Positions 1 through 9,407 of a stretch of DNA of 64,000 nt are shown here, in pieces; position 1 is the stretch's first letter, and each line of letters begins with the position of its first letter. The DNA lies in contig OY762654.1 in assembly GCA_963666205.1 (NCBI GenBank), forward strand, positions 768,001 to 832,000, written 5' to 3'. Source of the DNA: Synergistales bacterium. GTDB taxonomy: Bacteria > Synergistota > Synergistia > Synergistales > JAFGMB01. The position numbers and the translations under genes are program-made. Below the pieces are notes generated by a model that saw only the letters and a list, made by a program, of their open reading frames with translations, was not told where the DNA came from and made no database searches.

Positions 1-2
1 TC

Positions 3-1511
3 TCCGCCATTTCTCAGAGCAGTACTGCCGCCAGTTCCTTCGCCGTCGGTCTTGTAGATGTTGGCATGCTTCCTCTTGAGAGTGCAATTTTAGTTACCAT
101 GGGCGCAAGTTTGGGAACAACCTTTGTCACCCTGCTCATAAGTATGGACCTGATACTCTGGGCTCCCCTCCTTCTTGTTTTCAGTACTATCATGGCAAGA
201 TTAGGTAAGGGAAATACCATGAAGACAGGCCTTTTATTGCAAGGATTATCATTACTCCTGACTGGAATGCTGATCCTTAAGATAGGCATAGACCCTCTTG
301 TTTCGGAAAATTATATAAAGGACTTTATGATCATGGCATCAGGGAACCCGCTTTACCTTGGTATGGCATCCTTTGCTCTTGTATCCATAATTCAAAGCAG
401 CCCCGCAGTCATGGCCATTGCAATTGCCCTGGCTTCAGCAGGTATTCTTACCCTGCCTTCGATCGTAGCAGTTGTTCTGGGAAGCCATGTAGGAAGTTCC
501 AGCATAGTCCTTCTTGCAGGTTTGGGGTCAAGAGTCAATGCAAGAAGACTCGCATGGAGCAACTTTATTTTCAGGATTGCCGGAACCCTGATAATTATCC
601 CTCTCTCAGGATATCTTACAACATTCACATCTTATCTGACCCCCTCCATGTCGACACAGGTAGCTCTGATCCACATTGCAGTCGCAGCTTTCAATGTCCT
701 TGTATTTGTACCATTTACTTCGATATTGGCACGAACAGTACAGTTCCTGTTTCATCCTTCCCCTGAGGAGGCCCTCGGAGAACCGGTTTTTCTCAACAAC
801 TCCATGCAGGAATTCCCCATAATGGGTTTAAATCTCCTGGCGAAAGAGATGGTAAGGCTTGGAAACCTCTGTGAGGAACTCTTCTACATTATTATGGATA
901 GAACACAATTCCAGGAAAGGATCCCATCATTGAGGGAGGGAACAACCAGGCTTCTGTCATCATGCATAGACTTCCTTTCCGGAATACAGCCCCCCCGTAC
1001 TGACGAATACTGGAAACGTGAATACAGCTGTATTTCATATTCTCTTGCTGCTCTGAAAGACATGACTAACACTATTTCAGAAAATATGTATTTTCTTTTT
1101 GAAGAAAAAGAAAATGAAATCCTGGGTGCTATGGATAGGGAACATGAATTTAAAGCTCTGATAACACTGCTTTCAAGACTAATAACCCAATCTGTGGGGG
1201 CATTCGCTCTTGGCGGCAAAGAAATGTCAAAAACAGCTAAAAAAACATGGGGGAAATATCTTGATAAAGACAAGGAGATCAGAAAAGCTCTATTAGGAAG
1301 GAATTATCCTTTTCATCCCGGGGAAGAATTGTCCCTTTGGGAATATTTGTCAGTAGGCAATAAAATAGCCCGGGCTTCCTTTGAACTGGCAAGAGGATCA
1401 CTTGTTGAAACCTGTTCTGATAATATTGATCCTTTGAAAATTCAGAAGGGCCTTCAAGGAAATTCAGGAATAGATAAGGAGGAAGAGCAATATGATACTG
1501 AGAAGAAATGA
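3..1511 (+). CDS. Na/Pi cotransporter family protein (5' end outside window)
   Basis: Frame is open from nt 3 (SAISQSSTAASSFAVGLVDVGM...). Two QSS repeats (SQSSTA, IQSSPA) each followed by GAxLGT/GSHVGS motifs, hydrophobic N-half, helical C-half; overlaps phoU. Confidence 0.85.
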   Translation, partial: SAISQSSTAASSFAVGLVDVGMLPLESAILVTMGASLGTTFVTLLISMDLILWAPLLLVFSTIMARLGKGNTMKTGLLLQGLSLLLTGMLILKIGIDPLVSENYIKDFMIMASGNPLYLGMASFALVSIIQSSPAVMAIAIALASAGILTLPSIVAVVLGSHVGSSSIVLLAGLGSRVNARRLAWSNFIFRIAGTLIIIPLSGYLTTFTSYLTPSMSTQVALIHIAVAAFNVLVFVPFTSILARTVQFLFHPSPEEALGEPVFLNNSMQEFPIMGLNLLAKEMVRLGNLCEELFYIIMDRTQFQERIPSLREGTTRLLSSCIDFLSGIQPPRTDEYWKREYSCISYSLAALKDMTNTISENMYFLFEEKENEILGAMDREHEFKALITLLSRLITQSVGAFALGGKEMSKTAKKTWGKYLDKDKEIRKALLGRNYPFHPGEELSLWEYLSVGNKIARASFELARGSLVETCSDNIDPLKIQKGLQGNSGIDKEEEQYDTEKK

Positions 1512-2193
1512 AGATACAAAGAGTTTTCTTCTTGGCAAAGACAGGGAGATCATTATTGAAATGCTTGATCAGATGGGGCAGGCAGTTGAAAACATGATCG
1601 TCATGTCTGTAAGTGCTCTTGAAGCAAGAAGTGATTCTCTTGCTCAACAAGTGATCGATAATGATGAAATAGTTGACGAACATGAGATCGAAATAGAACA
1701 GGAATGCCTCCGAATAATTGCTGTAAGACAGCCAGTAAGGGAAGAACTAAGATTTTTCTTTTCAGTTCTGAAGATAATCACGGACCTTGAAAGAGTTGGA
1801 GATGAAGCATGCAATATAGCCAGACATGCCTTGCAGCTTAACCAGGAACCCTTGTTGAAACCGCTGATAGACATCCCCCGCATGGCTTCAATTTGTGTAG
1901 AAATGTTAAAGGATGCATTGAAATCCTTTAACGATAATGATCCGGAACTGGCAAAGAAAGTCTTTATCCAGGACGATGAAATAGATGGACTGTTCAAGCA
2001 GATCATGGATGAACTTTTTATTATTATGGGAAAGGAAAACTCCGGTGACAGCAACAGATCGAGAAGAGCCATTCTCCTGCAGATTGTGGCAAGACATCTG
2101 GAACGTATGGGAGATCACGCTGCAAATATCTCGGAAAGATCCTTTTACATGTCTACAGGTAAGCGAATAAAAAAGGAACTTCCCTTGAAATAA
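1492..2193 (+). CDS. phoU: Phosphate signalling/transport regulator PhoU
   Basis: Two PhoU repeats: KIITDLERVGDEACNIA and ARHLERMGDHAANISE. Confidence 0.95.
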   Translation: MILRRNEDTKSFLLGKDREIIIEMLDQMGQAVENMIVMSVSALEARSDSLAQQVIDNDEIVDEHEIEIEQECLRIIAVRQPVREELRFFFSVLKIITDLERVGDEACNIARHALQLNQEPLLKPLIDIPRMASICVEMLKDALKSFNDNDPELAKKVFIQDDEIDGLFKQIMDELFIIMGKENSGDSNRSRRAILLQIVARHLERMGDHAANISERSFYMSTGKRIKKELPLK

Positions 2194-2256
2194 CCCTCCA
2201 CGTGGCATACCCCCAGGTCCTTATGCTCTAGAGTAAAGAGGTCTTTCAACAGAGTA

Positions 2257-2286
2257 TTGCATAAAGAACAGACTTGTGCATATAAT
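2257..2286 (+). promoter_or_regulatory. Putative sigma70 promoter of the ferritin-like gene
   Basis: TTGCAT (2257-2262), 18 nt spacer, TATAAT (2281-2286); RBS AGGAGG at 2315-2320. Confidence 0.55.
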
Positions 2287-2328
2287 AAACATGAACAAAA
2301 TAACTCATTAACAAAGGAGGCCTTTGAC

Positions 2329-2799
2329 ATGGCAGAGTGTTTTGAAATGCAAAAGGCACTTACTTATGGGATCCAGGCAGAGATCGAGGCAAAGGAATTC
2401 TACAAGATGTGGGCCGATAACGTCGATGAAGAGCACTACAAAAAAGAACTCATGGAACTCTCCGCATGGGAAATGGAACATGAGAAGGGTCTGAAAGATT
2501 ATTACTTGGAACTTTACAATGAGGATCCTGTTATAGACCCGAATCTTGTTGTGGCACCAGAACTCAAAGTTCAGACAAAAGACTTTAAGGACAGCACTTC
2601 GATTCTCCGAATTGCTGCTGCCGCTTATTTGTCGGAAATGAGGGCCCATGAATTCTATACAAAACTGGCCAAAGAAGCAGGAGGGGAAGCAGCAGTAATG
2701 TTCGAGAAACTTGCAGAAATGGAAAAAGGCCATATGGATACCACAAAGAAACGTTACATGAAGATCAGGGAAGACGTTGTCGGCTTCCACGCTTTCTAG
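2329..2799 (+). CDS. Ferritin-like / rubrerythrin-family di-iron protein
   Basis: ATG after AGGAGG. Two E...FY / ExxH repeats (AEIEAKEFY...EMEH; SEMRAHEFY...EKGH). Confidence 0.85.
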   Translation: MAECFEMQKALTYGIQAEIEAKEFYKMWADNVDEEHYKKELMELSAWEMEHEKGLKDYYLELYNEDPVIDPNLVVAPELKVQTKDFKDSTSILRIAAAAYLSEMRAHEFYTKLAKEAGGEAAVMFEKLAEMEKGHMDTTKKRYMKIREDVVGFHAF

Positions 2800-2811
2800 G
2801 AAAGAGTTTTA

Positions 2812-2863
2812 CTTGATTAAACAAGAAGAAGGGGATATATCCCCTTCTTCTTGTTTAATCAAG
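2812..2863. terminator. 52-bp perfect palindrome between convergent genes (likely bidirectional terminator)
   Basis: cttgattaaacaagaagaaggggata|tatccccttcttcttgtttaatcaag: 26-nt arms, no spacer. Confidence 0.75.
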
Positions 2864-2868
2864 GACCT

Positions 2869-4350
2869 TTACTTCAACTCCCTCAGCTTGCGTCTTAATA
2901 TTTTACCCGTAGGCGAAAGGGGAAAACTATCAAGAAATTCAACTTTTCTGGGAACCTTGAAGTGGGCAAGTTCCTTTTTACAGTAATCAATTATATCTCT
3001 CTGCGTCAGGCTTGATCCCTCTTCCCTCATCACAAACACCTTGACTACCTCGCCGTTTACGGGATGCGGCATTCCGACTGCAATTGCAGCACTAATACCC
3101 GGATGACCGTTAAGGATACCTTCAACTTCCTGGGGATAGACATTAAAACCACCAACAATAATAATATCAGTTGCGCGGTCAAGGATTGTAAGATAACCCT
3201 CCTGGTCAACTTTTACAACATCTCCGGTATTGAACCATCCATCAACAAATCGTTCGGAACTTATATCCTGAGCCTTGAAATAGGAACCACCTACAGAAGG
3301 GCCTCTGACCCATAGGATACCCTCTTTGTCCTTTTGAAGGATAGTACCCTCGGAGCTTCTTAACTGCCATTCGTAACCTGGGATAAAAGTACCTACCGTA
3401 CCCAGTTTTCTCCCGGAGTATGATGGATTCACTGCCACAACAGGAGAACACTCTGTAAGACCATATCCTTCAAGTACACCTATTCCCATTGTATTCTTCA
3501 CCTTCTGGTCTATCTGAACATTGAGTTTATCTCCACCTGTTATAATCACTTTCAATCCGGAAGGAGTCTTTATTCCTGTATTTTTCATCGTAACCAGAAG
3601 AAAAGATAACATGGCCGGGACCATGACAAGATCAGTTACACCGGAGGTGTTCATAGCTTCAAGTGTAGCCCTTGGAGGCATAAAGGAAGGAAGGATGGTC
3701 TGGGACATTCCGCAAAGTAAAGGTAGTATGCCGGAAACAGTGTACCCGAAGGAATGGAAATTGGGCAGAACATTTATCATCACATCCCCTTCCTGTAATT
3801 CATCAACATGGTCAAAGACTTTTAAGGCATTGTCTATGAGGTTTCCATGGGTTAGGGGAACTGCTTTTGGTAGTCCTGTAGTACCTGAAGTTGCGAAAAT
3901 AATCGCCAGATCAGGATCCCCGGCTTCGCATTCTCGTCCGATGAAAGGCTGAAGGGCCTTATCCGGATCAACCTGGATAACTGGAAAACCGGACTTCTGG
4001 AGATGTTCCCCAAGGTCTGCTATTTCCTCTGAAATTATCACTCCAAAAGCATCGATCAGTTCGAGAGTTCTGGACAGGGATGTGAAACCAGCTCTTGCAT
4101 TGAGGGTAGAGATGGTACCCCCCAGGCTCCATACTGCTATCGAGAGGGCCAGGACCATTGGAGAATTAGGGAGTAATACAGCAAGCCTGTAACCTTCCTT
4201 GAATCCTGATCTTTCAAGGTTTTCTCGACAACTGACAACAAGGCGATCAAGATCTCCGGCATTCCACCAATTCCCTTTCCACCAGAGAATCCGGCGGGAT
4301 GGGTTGAGACCAAAATCTGTAAGTAATAGCTTTTCAAGTCTTTCTTTCAC
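2869..4350 (-). CDS. Long-chain acyl-CoA ligase / AMP-binding enzyme
   Basis: TSGTTGLPK P-loop, YGLTE, TGD and PTGKILR adenylation motifs. Confidence 0.9.
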   Translation of the reverse strand: MKERLEKLLLTDFGLNPSRRILWWKGNWWNAGDLDRLVVSCRENLERSGFKEGYRLAVLLPNSPMVLALSIAVWSLGGTISTLNARAGFTSLSRTLELIDAFGVIISEEIADLGEHLQKSGFPVIQVDPDKALQPFIGRECEAGDPDLAIIFATSGTTGLPKAVPLTHGNLIDNALKVFDHVDELQEGDVMINVLPNFHSFGYTVSGILPLLCGMSQTILPSFMPPRATLEAMNTSGVTDLVMVPAMLSFLLVTMKNTGIKTPSGLKVIITGGDKLNVQIDQKVKNTMGIGVLEGYGLTECSPVVAVNPSYSGRKLGTVGTFIPGYEWQLRSSEGTILQKDKEGILWVRGPSVGGSYFKAQDISSERFVDGWFNTGDVVKVDQEGYLTILDRATDIIIVGGFNVYPQEVEGILNGHPGISAAIAVGMPHPVNGEVVKVFVMREEGSSLTQRDIIDYCKKELAHFKVPRKVEFLDSFPLSPTGKILRRKLRELK

Positions 4351-4585
4351 TCTTATTCCCCCTTAAATAATAACTCCAACATGATAGTTCAGAAGAAGCA
4401 TTTTATTACAAAAGACCTCCTGGAACAAATTACAGGAACTGAACTCTCCAGTTACCTTATCACTCATTTCGTCTCTAATAGGCACATTATTGGTAATTTA
4501 TCTGATTTTCTGCATTTCTTTCATTGTAAGTAATATGACTTATTAGTACAACAACACGTTGCATGGTTTTTAAGGAGGTATATAT

Positions 4586-5062
4586 ATGAGAAAAAACGGT
4601 CCTTATATGAAACAGGTTCCGAAATACGGTATTCAGGCAGAAACTGAAGCGAAAGAGTTTTACATGGAATGGGCTGAAAATGTGGAAGATGAAACTTAAA
4701 AAATGGAGCTTCTGCCCCATTCGGAAATGGAGCAGGACCACTAAGAACAGCTAAAAAAATACTGTAAGGAACTTTATGACCAGGAATGCTCAAGAGATCC
4801 GGATCTTACCGTGGCCCCGGAACTCAAGATACAGACCAAAGATTTTTACGATATTACATCCAGGATAAGGATTGCAGCCTCCTCTTACGCCTCTGAGATC
4901 AGGGCTGCAGAATACTATAAAAACATGATAAACCAGATGGGGAAATGTGAAGCAAGGGTGATGTCCGAAAAACTGTTACAGGTAGAAAAACAACAAATGG
5001 AAGAAGCAAAGAGAAGATACCTTCACATTAAGGCTGATATATCCGGGTTTCACGTTTTTTGA
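4586..5062 (+). pseudogene. Pseudogene paralog of the ferritin-like gene at 2329-2799
   Basis: ATG after AAGGAGG. One frame aligns to the paralog throughout (YGIQAETEAKEFY; VAPELKIQTKDF; GFHVF) but has in-frame TAA at 4697-4699 and 4742-4744. Confidence 0.85.
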
Positions 5063-5069
5063 CAGGTCA

Positions 5070-5492
5070 TCAAAGAAACCCGGCTATGTCAAAGGGAAGG
5101 CTGGGTATTTCTCCCTGCCTGATATTAAAAACACCTTCAGGTTTATCCAGGTTAAGGCACCTGAAGGGGAACAGTGGGTTTCCAGCATCATCCGTACATT
5201 TTATGGGAATGGGATATTCTTTTGCCATCACTTCTATTTTTATCCTCTCATGCATATAATCCCTGAAAAGATTTAATTCGGCGAGGGCAAAGAATTCATC
5301 ACAATAACCTTTTGCAATGGAACTTCCAACGGCATCAAGACTTGCCATATTTTCGATTAGTATATGGTAGGGAGCAACCCTTATTCTTTCTGCTCTAAGG
5401 GGAATCCAGAATATTTTCGCATTTTTTATGGACCTGAATTCTTCAAAGACTGAATAAGCACGGTAGATGGATGTTGTAATCTGGCTTTTCAC
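5070..5492 (-). CDS. Hypothetical protein (about 140 aa, start uncertain)
   Basis: Non-overlapping part of ORF 5070-5777, directly downstream of the amidohydrolase; first usable start is GTG at 5492. Confidence 0.5.
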   Translation of the reverse strand: MKSQITTSIYRAYSVFEEFRSIKNAKIFWIPLRAERIRVAPYHILIENMASLDAVGSSIAKGYCDEFFALAELNLFRDYMHERIKIEVMAKEYPIPIKCTDDAGNPLFPFRCLNLDKPEGVFNIRQGEIPSLPFDIAGFL

Positions 5493-5511
5493 CCCTTTAC
5501 ATAAAATTGGA

Positions 5512-6705
5512 TCAGAATGATTTTTTACTCTCCAGACATAAAAGACATATTCGGGCAAGGAGGGCTGAAGCAGGAGCAAGGGCTCTTTCATCAATCTGAA
5601 AGAAAGGATTGTGAAGGGGATAGTTGACTTGCCCTTCCGGATCACCAACTCCAAGCATAAAATAGCACCCTGATATCCTCTCCAGAAAATATGCAAAATC
5701 ATCAACACCCATACTTGGACGTTCAAGATGCTGAACACTTTTTCTTCCCATGATTTCCAGAGACGCCCTTTCGACAATATCAGTCATTTCAGGGTCATTG
5801 TTCAGACAGGGATATCCCTCTGTAAAAAGGACTTCTCCCTCCCCTCCCATAGAGGTACAGATGGAATCCACCACCTGCCTGACAGCGGACAAAAGGGTTC
5901 GTCGTGTGGAAGGATCAACGGTTCTTATAACACCAGATAATGTTACAGATTGGGCAACAATATTTCTAGCCATGCCACCCTGGATCTGGCCTACTGTAAT
6001 AACAGCAGAATCAAGAGGAGATACACTTCTGCTTATGAGAGTCTGCAGAATATCAACTATTTTTGAAGCAATGATTATTGGATCTATTCCCCTTTCCGGT
6101 TCTGCACCATGGCAGGATATTCCCTTTACAGTAATATCAAACATGTCTGAGGCTGCTCTCATCTTCCCCGAACGGACACCCACCTTACCTCTCTCAAGTT
6201 CAGGCATTACGTGGAGCGAAAAGATATTTTCCACTGCCGGGCCTTTCAGGACCCCTTCCTTTATCATGGGAAGAGCTCCACCGGAAGTTTCTTCCGCTGG
6301 CTGAAATATGAATTTGACATTTCCATGCAGATCTTTCTGAAAGCATGAAAGGATCATAGCAGCTCCCAGAGCTATGGCTATATGAGCATCATGCCCGCAG
6401 GCATGCATTTTACCTTCTATCTCAGACTTATAGGATAAAAGATTCTCTTCCTGAATGGGCAGTGCATCCATGTCTGCCCTTATTGCAACAGTCCCTCGTG
6501 AACCATTCCCTTCCAGGAGAGAAACAACACCCGTCCCGGCAAACCGTTCAGATGATAATCCGAGAGAAGTCAAAACAGTTTCGATAGTCTCAGCTGTTTC
6601 CCCAAGATCAAAATCCAGTTCAGGTCTGGAGTGGATCTTTCTGCGAATCCTGATTATTTCATAACTATATTTCTTTGATAACTCTATTATTTTTTGCGGG
6701 ATCAT
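5512..6705 (-). CDS. M20D amidohydrolase (candidate N-acetyl-diaminopimelate deacetylase)
   Basis: RADMDALP, MHACGHD, FQPAEE and LHNPFF motifs. Confidence 0.85.
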   Translation of the reverse strand: MIPQKIIELSKKYSYEIIRIRRKIHSRPELDFDLGETAETIETVLTSLGLSSERFAGTGVVSLLEGNGSRGTVAIRADMDALPIQEENLLSYKSEIEGKMHACGHDAHIAIALGAAMILSCFQKDLHGNVKFIFQPAEETSGGALPMIKEGVLKGPAVENIFSLHVMPELERGKVGVRSGKMRAASDMFDITVKGISCHGAEPERGIDPIIIASKIVDILQTLISRSVSPLDSAVITVGQIQGGMARNIVAQSVTLSGVIRTVDPSTRRTLLSAVRQVVDSICTSMGGEGEVLFTEGYPCLNNDPEMTDIVERASLEIMGRKSVQHLERPSMGVDDFAYFLERISGCYFMLGVGDPEGQVNYPLHNPFFQIDERALAPASALLARICLLCLESKKSF

Positions 6706-7066
6706 ATAAGAACCTCCGAAAACATTTCCCGTATTTTATCAATTATTAAAAAAATATGTAATATTTACCCATTAACTGACCAATTACTCAAGAGCATTAT
6801 GACACTATCCTTGCCGATCCTGTACGGACAAAGGATACAATACTGGTGAAACCAGACCTGTTACCATAGGATAATTATTGCTTAAGATACTTGATCAAGG
6901 CAAGTATTCATAATTATTGCCCGGTAAGAAAAGAGGTGAATGATAATCAGCTATCAGACATTTGCGGATAAGATAAATTCTGCATAGTAAACAGTTATCT
7001 GGATATATATGCCTTGACGGTATATTATATAATAGTTATGCATGGTAGAGAAAAGGAGGAAAGAGC

Positions 7067-7477
7067 ATGGGGAAAATGCGTAAAATCATAATTCTATCAA
7101 TTCTTGGAATAGCAATAATAGCAACGTTTATGCTCAAAAACAGCAACGAGGTGGAACAAATGGTAGTGGTCAATGGCAAACTTCCGATCCTCCTTGATAT
7201 GTCAACCGCAACCTGACCTGCCTGTAAGGAAATGAAAGGAATTCTGGAAGAATTCCAGGAAAGATACACGGGAAGTGTGGAAATCAATATTATAGACCTC
7301 TGGAAACAACCTGAAGAGGCAGAAAAATACTCTATACGAGTTGTTCCTACTTTGATATTTCTGGATCCGGAGCAGAATGAACTTTACAGACATGAAGGTG
7401 TAATGACCGAAGAAATGCTTCTGAAGAAATGGAAGGAGCTGGGATTTGAACTTAAAAACGAAGGGAAACAGCCCTAA
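7067..7477 (+). CDS. Membrane-anchored thioredoxin-family selenoprotein (UxxC)
   Basis: AGGAGG RBS, ATG 7067, hydrophobic N-terminal anchor. In-frame TGA at 7214-7216 gives ...LLDMSTAT-U-PAC-KEM; the frame continues to VVPTLIF (cis-Pro motif). Stop overlaps the ccdA start. Confidence 0.85.
7238..7256 (+). promoter_or_regulatory. Putative bacterial SECIS hairpin of the thioredoxin
   Basis: GGAATTCT-GGA-AGAATTCC perfect stem with a G-starting loop about 30 nt after the TGA. Confidence 0.6.
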
Positions 7478-8178
7478 TGATAGAGCTCGTAAGTAAAGTA
7501 TATACGACATTACAGGGGGCTGATTTTTTAGCCCTCCTTGCAGCCTATATCTGGGGGATTTTCGGTATGCTGCTTAGCCCCTGCAGCCTTGTGACAATAC
7601 CCCTTGTGGTGGGATACATAGAATCCCAGGAAACCAGAGGCATGAAAAATGCTTTCGTTATATCCTCATGGTTCTCCCTGGGTATTTTTGTAAATGTAGC
7701 CCTTGTAGGCATAGTTATAGCTTCCGCAGGAAGCCTTTTATCAGAGGTTGGCAGATACTCCAATTATTTTGTAGCGACTGTCTTTTTCCTCTTCGGTCTT
7801 CACCTTCTCGAAGTGATAGATATGCCCTGGTTCAAACAGGTCGGGATGAAGGAATACAAACATAAAGGCCCTCTTGGGGCTCTTCTGCTTGGGGCTCTTT
7901 CCGGGATGGCCATTGGTCCATGCGCATTTGCATACCTGGCACCCATGCTGGTGATAGCGATGAAAGCCGCTACGATCAATCCCTATTTTGGTCTATTGCT
8001 GGTTTTGATGTATGCTCTTGGAAACTGCACCGTTCTGGTTACAGCCGGAACTTCTGTCGGTTTTGTATCAGGATTCATGGAGCTTGATGAAAAATCCAGG
8101 TTTACCCTCGTAATGAATTACGTTTTTGGAGTGATCCTTCTTGTCACTGGTTTACTCCTTATCTACAAAGCCCCATGA
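7477..8178 (+). CDS. ccdA: CcdA / DsbD transmembrane electron transporter
   Basis: About six TM helices with two PC motifs (LLSPCSL, IGPCAF). Confidence 0.85.
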   Translation: MIELVSKVYTTLQGADFLALLAAYIWGIFGMLLSPCSLVTIPLVVGYIESQETRGMKNAFVISSWFSLGIFVNVALVGIVIASAGSLLSEVGRYSNYFVATVFFLFGLHLLEVIDMPWFKQVGMKEYKHKGPLGALLLGALSGMAIGPCAFAYLAPMLVIAMKAATINPYFGLLLVLMYALGNCTVLVTAGTSVGFVSGFMELDEKSRFTLVMNYVFGVILLVTGLLLIYKAP

Positions 8179-8196
8179 TAAGGATCGGATGAAATA

Positions 8197-8733
8197 ATGG
8201 ATTTCACGAATCTGGTTAAACATAGATACAGCGTCCGAAAATACATCCACAGAGAAGTACCCAAAGAAATGATTGAGAAATGCATAGAAGCAGCACAGCT
8301 TGCACCTTCTGCCTGTAATTCCCAACCGTGGTTCTTTATGATATCCATGGGATTCGAAAAAAGCATACCCCTGGCAGAAAGAGCATTTTCCGGAGCTTTT
8401 TCCATGAACTCCTTTGCCAGAACAGCACCGGTGATAATCACAGTTATAACTGAACCATCAAAATATACGGCAAAACTTGGAGGCCTTTTCAGAGGAGTCC
8501 AGTTCAGTCTTCTGGATATAGGGATCGCATGTGAACATATTTCTCTTCAGGCAACAGAAATGGGTTTGGGTACATGCTGGTTTGGCTGGTTCAATGAAGG
8601 GGCAGTAAAAAAACAGCTGGGACTCAAAGGGGACATAAAGATCGATCTTATGATAAGCCTGGGATATCCGGCTTCTGACAATATTCCGCCAAAGTACAGA
8701 AAAGAACTGGATATGATAAGGAAATACGTATAG
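8197..8733 (+). CDS. Nitroreductase family flavoprotein
   Basis: RYSVRKY, APSACNSQPWFF, GLGTCW and LGYP motifs. Confidence 0.9.
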   Translation: MDFTNLVKHRYSVRKYIHREVPKEMIEKCIEAAQLAPSACNSQPWFFMISMGFEKSIPLAERAFSGAFSMNSFARTAPVIITVITEPSKYTAKLGGLFRGVQFSLLDIGIACEHISLQATEMGLGTCWFGWFNEGAVKKQLGLKGDIKIDLMISLGYPASDNIPPKYRKELDMIRKYV

Positions 8734-8775
8734 GTATGAAGAATAAAGCTTTTCCTGAAAAACATCGCAAATAAG

Positions 8776-8804
8776 TTGACAAAAAGAAGTAACTCTTTTA
8801 TAAT
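8776..8804 (+). promoter_or_regulatory. Consensus sigma70 promoter of the tandem T-box / asd operon
   Basis: TTGACA (8776-8781), 17 nt spacer, TATAAT (8799-8804). Confidence 0.85.
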
Positions 8805-8849
8805 TTCCGGAAATTGAATTATGTATCTTGTCAGTTATTAAAGACTACC

Positions 8850-9111
8850 AAAAGCGAAGAAGCAGGGCGCTTGAAAGAGAATAAACATCGACAGAGAGGG
8901 ATGCTCACCGGCTGAAAGGTATTCCCGATGTTATCTGAAGGCCTAAAACCTGTGGAGCTGGTTCTGAAAGGGATTCCAGAGTCCCGGAGTAAGATCCCGG
9001 TTCAGCCTCCGTTAAAGGGCTCAAAGCGGAATTTCTGATCCTTCGGAAATTCAAGTCGGGTGGTACCGCGAGTTTATCCAGGCTCGTCCCTTCACAGGGA
9101 CGAGCCTTTTT
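8850..9111 (+). ncRNA. T-box leader 1, Lys (AAA) specifier
   Basis: Stem I AGAGA and GGCTGAAAG motifs, AAA at 8945-8947 before the closing helix, AGTA and CCGTTA elements, GGGTGGTACCGCG at 9058-9070, terminator hairpin 9080-9107 with U-tract. Confidence 0.92.
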
Positions 9112-9123
9112 AGTAATAATAGG

Positions 9124-9389
9124 AAAAGCGAAGAAGCAGGGCGCTTGAAAGAGAATAAACATCGACAGAGAGGGATGCTCACCGGCTGAAAGGTATTCCC
9201 GATGTTATCTGAAGGCCTAAAACCTGTGGAGCTGGTTCTGAAAGGGATTCCAGAGTCCCGGAGTAAGATCCCGGTTCAGCCTCCGTTAAAGGGCTCAAAG
9301 CGGAATTTCTGATCCTTCGGAAATTCAAGTCGGGTGGTACCGCGAGTTTTTCCAGGCTCGTCCCTTCACAGGGACGGGCCTTTATTTTT
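9124..9389 (+). ncRNA. T-box leader 2, Lys (AAA) specifier; near-identical tandem copy
   Basis: 258 of 260 nt identical to 8850-9109. Specifier 9219-9221, T-box motif 9332-9344, terminator just before the asd RBS. Confidence 0.92.
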
Positions 9390-9407
9390 ATAAGGAGCTG
9401 ATGAATT

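Noticed and set aside
4697-4744. Stop-codon recoding in the ferritin-like paralog
   Set aside because: Both stops are TAA at Tyr/Glu positions, and TAA ends many normal genes in this window.
5493-5777. N-terminal part of the 235-aa ORF
   Set aside because: Overlaps the amidohydrolase gene in another frame, so it is unlikely to be translated.
8905-9162. 85-aa minus-strand ORF
   Set aside because: Antisense to the T-box leaders with no recognisable protein features.
8850-9383. CRISPR array, IS ends or lysine riboswitch as explanation for the repeat
   Set aside because: It is two 260-nt units with clear T-box motifs; there are no spacers, cas genes, transposase or L-box features.
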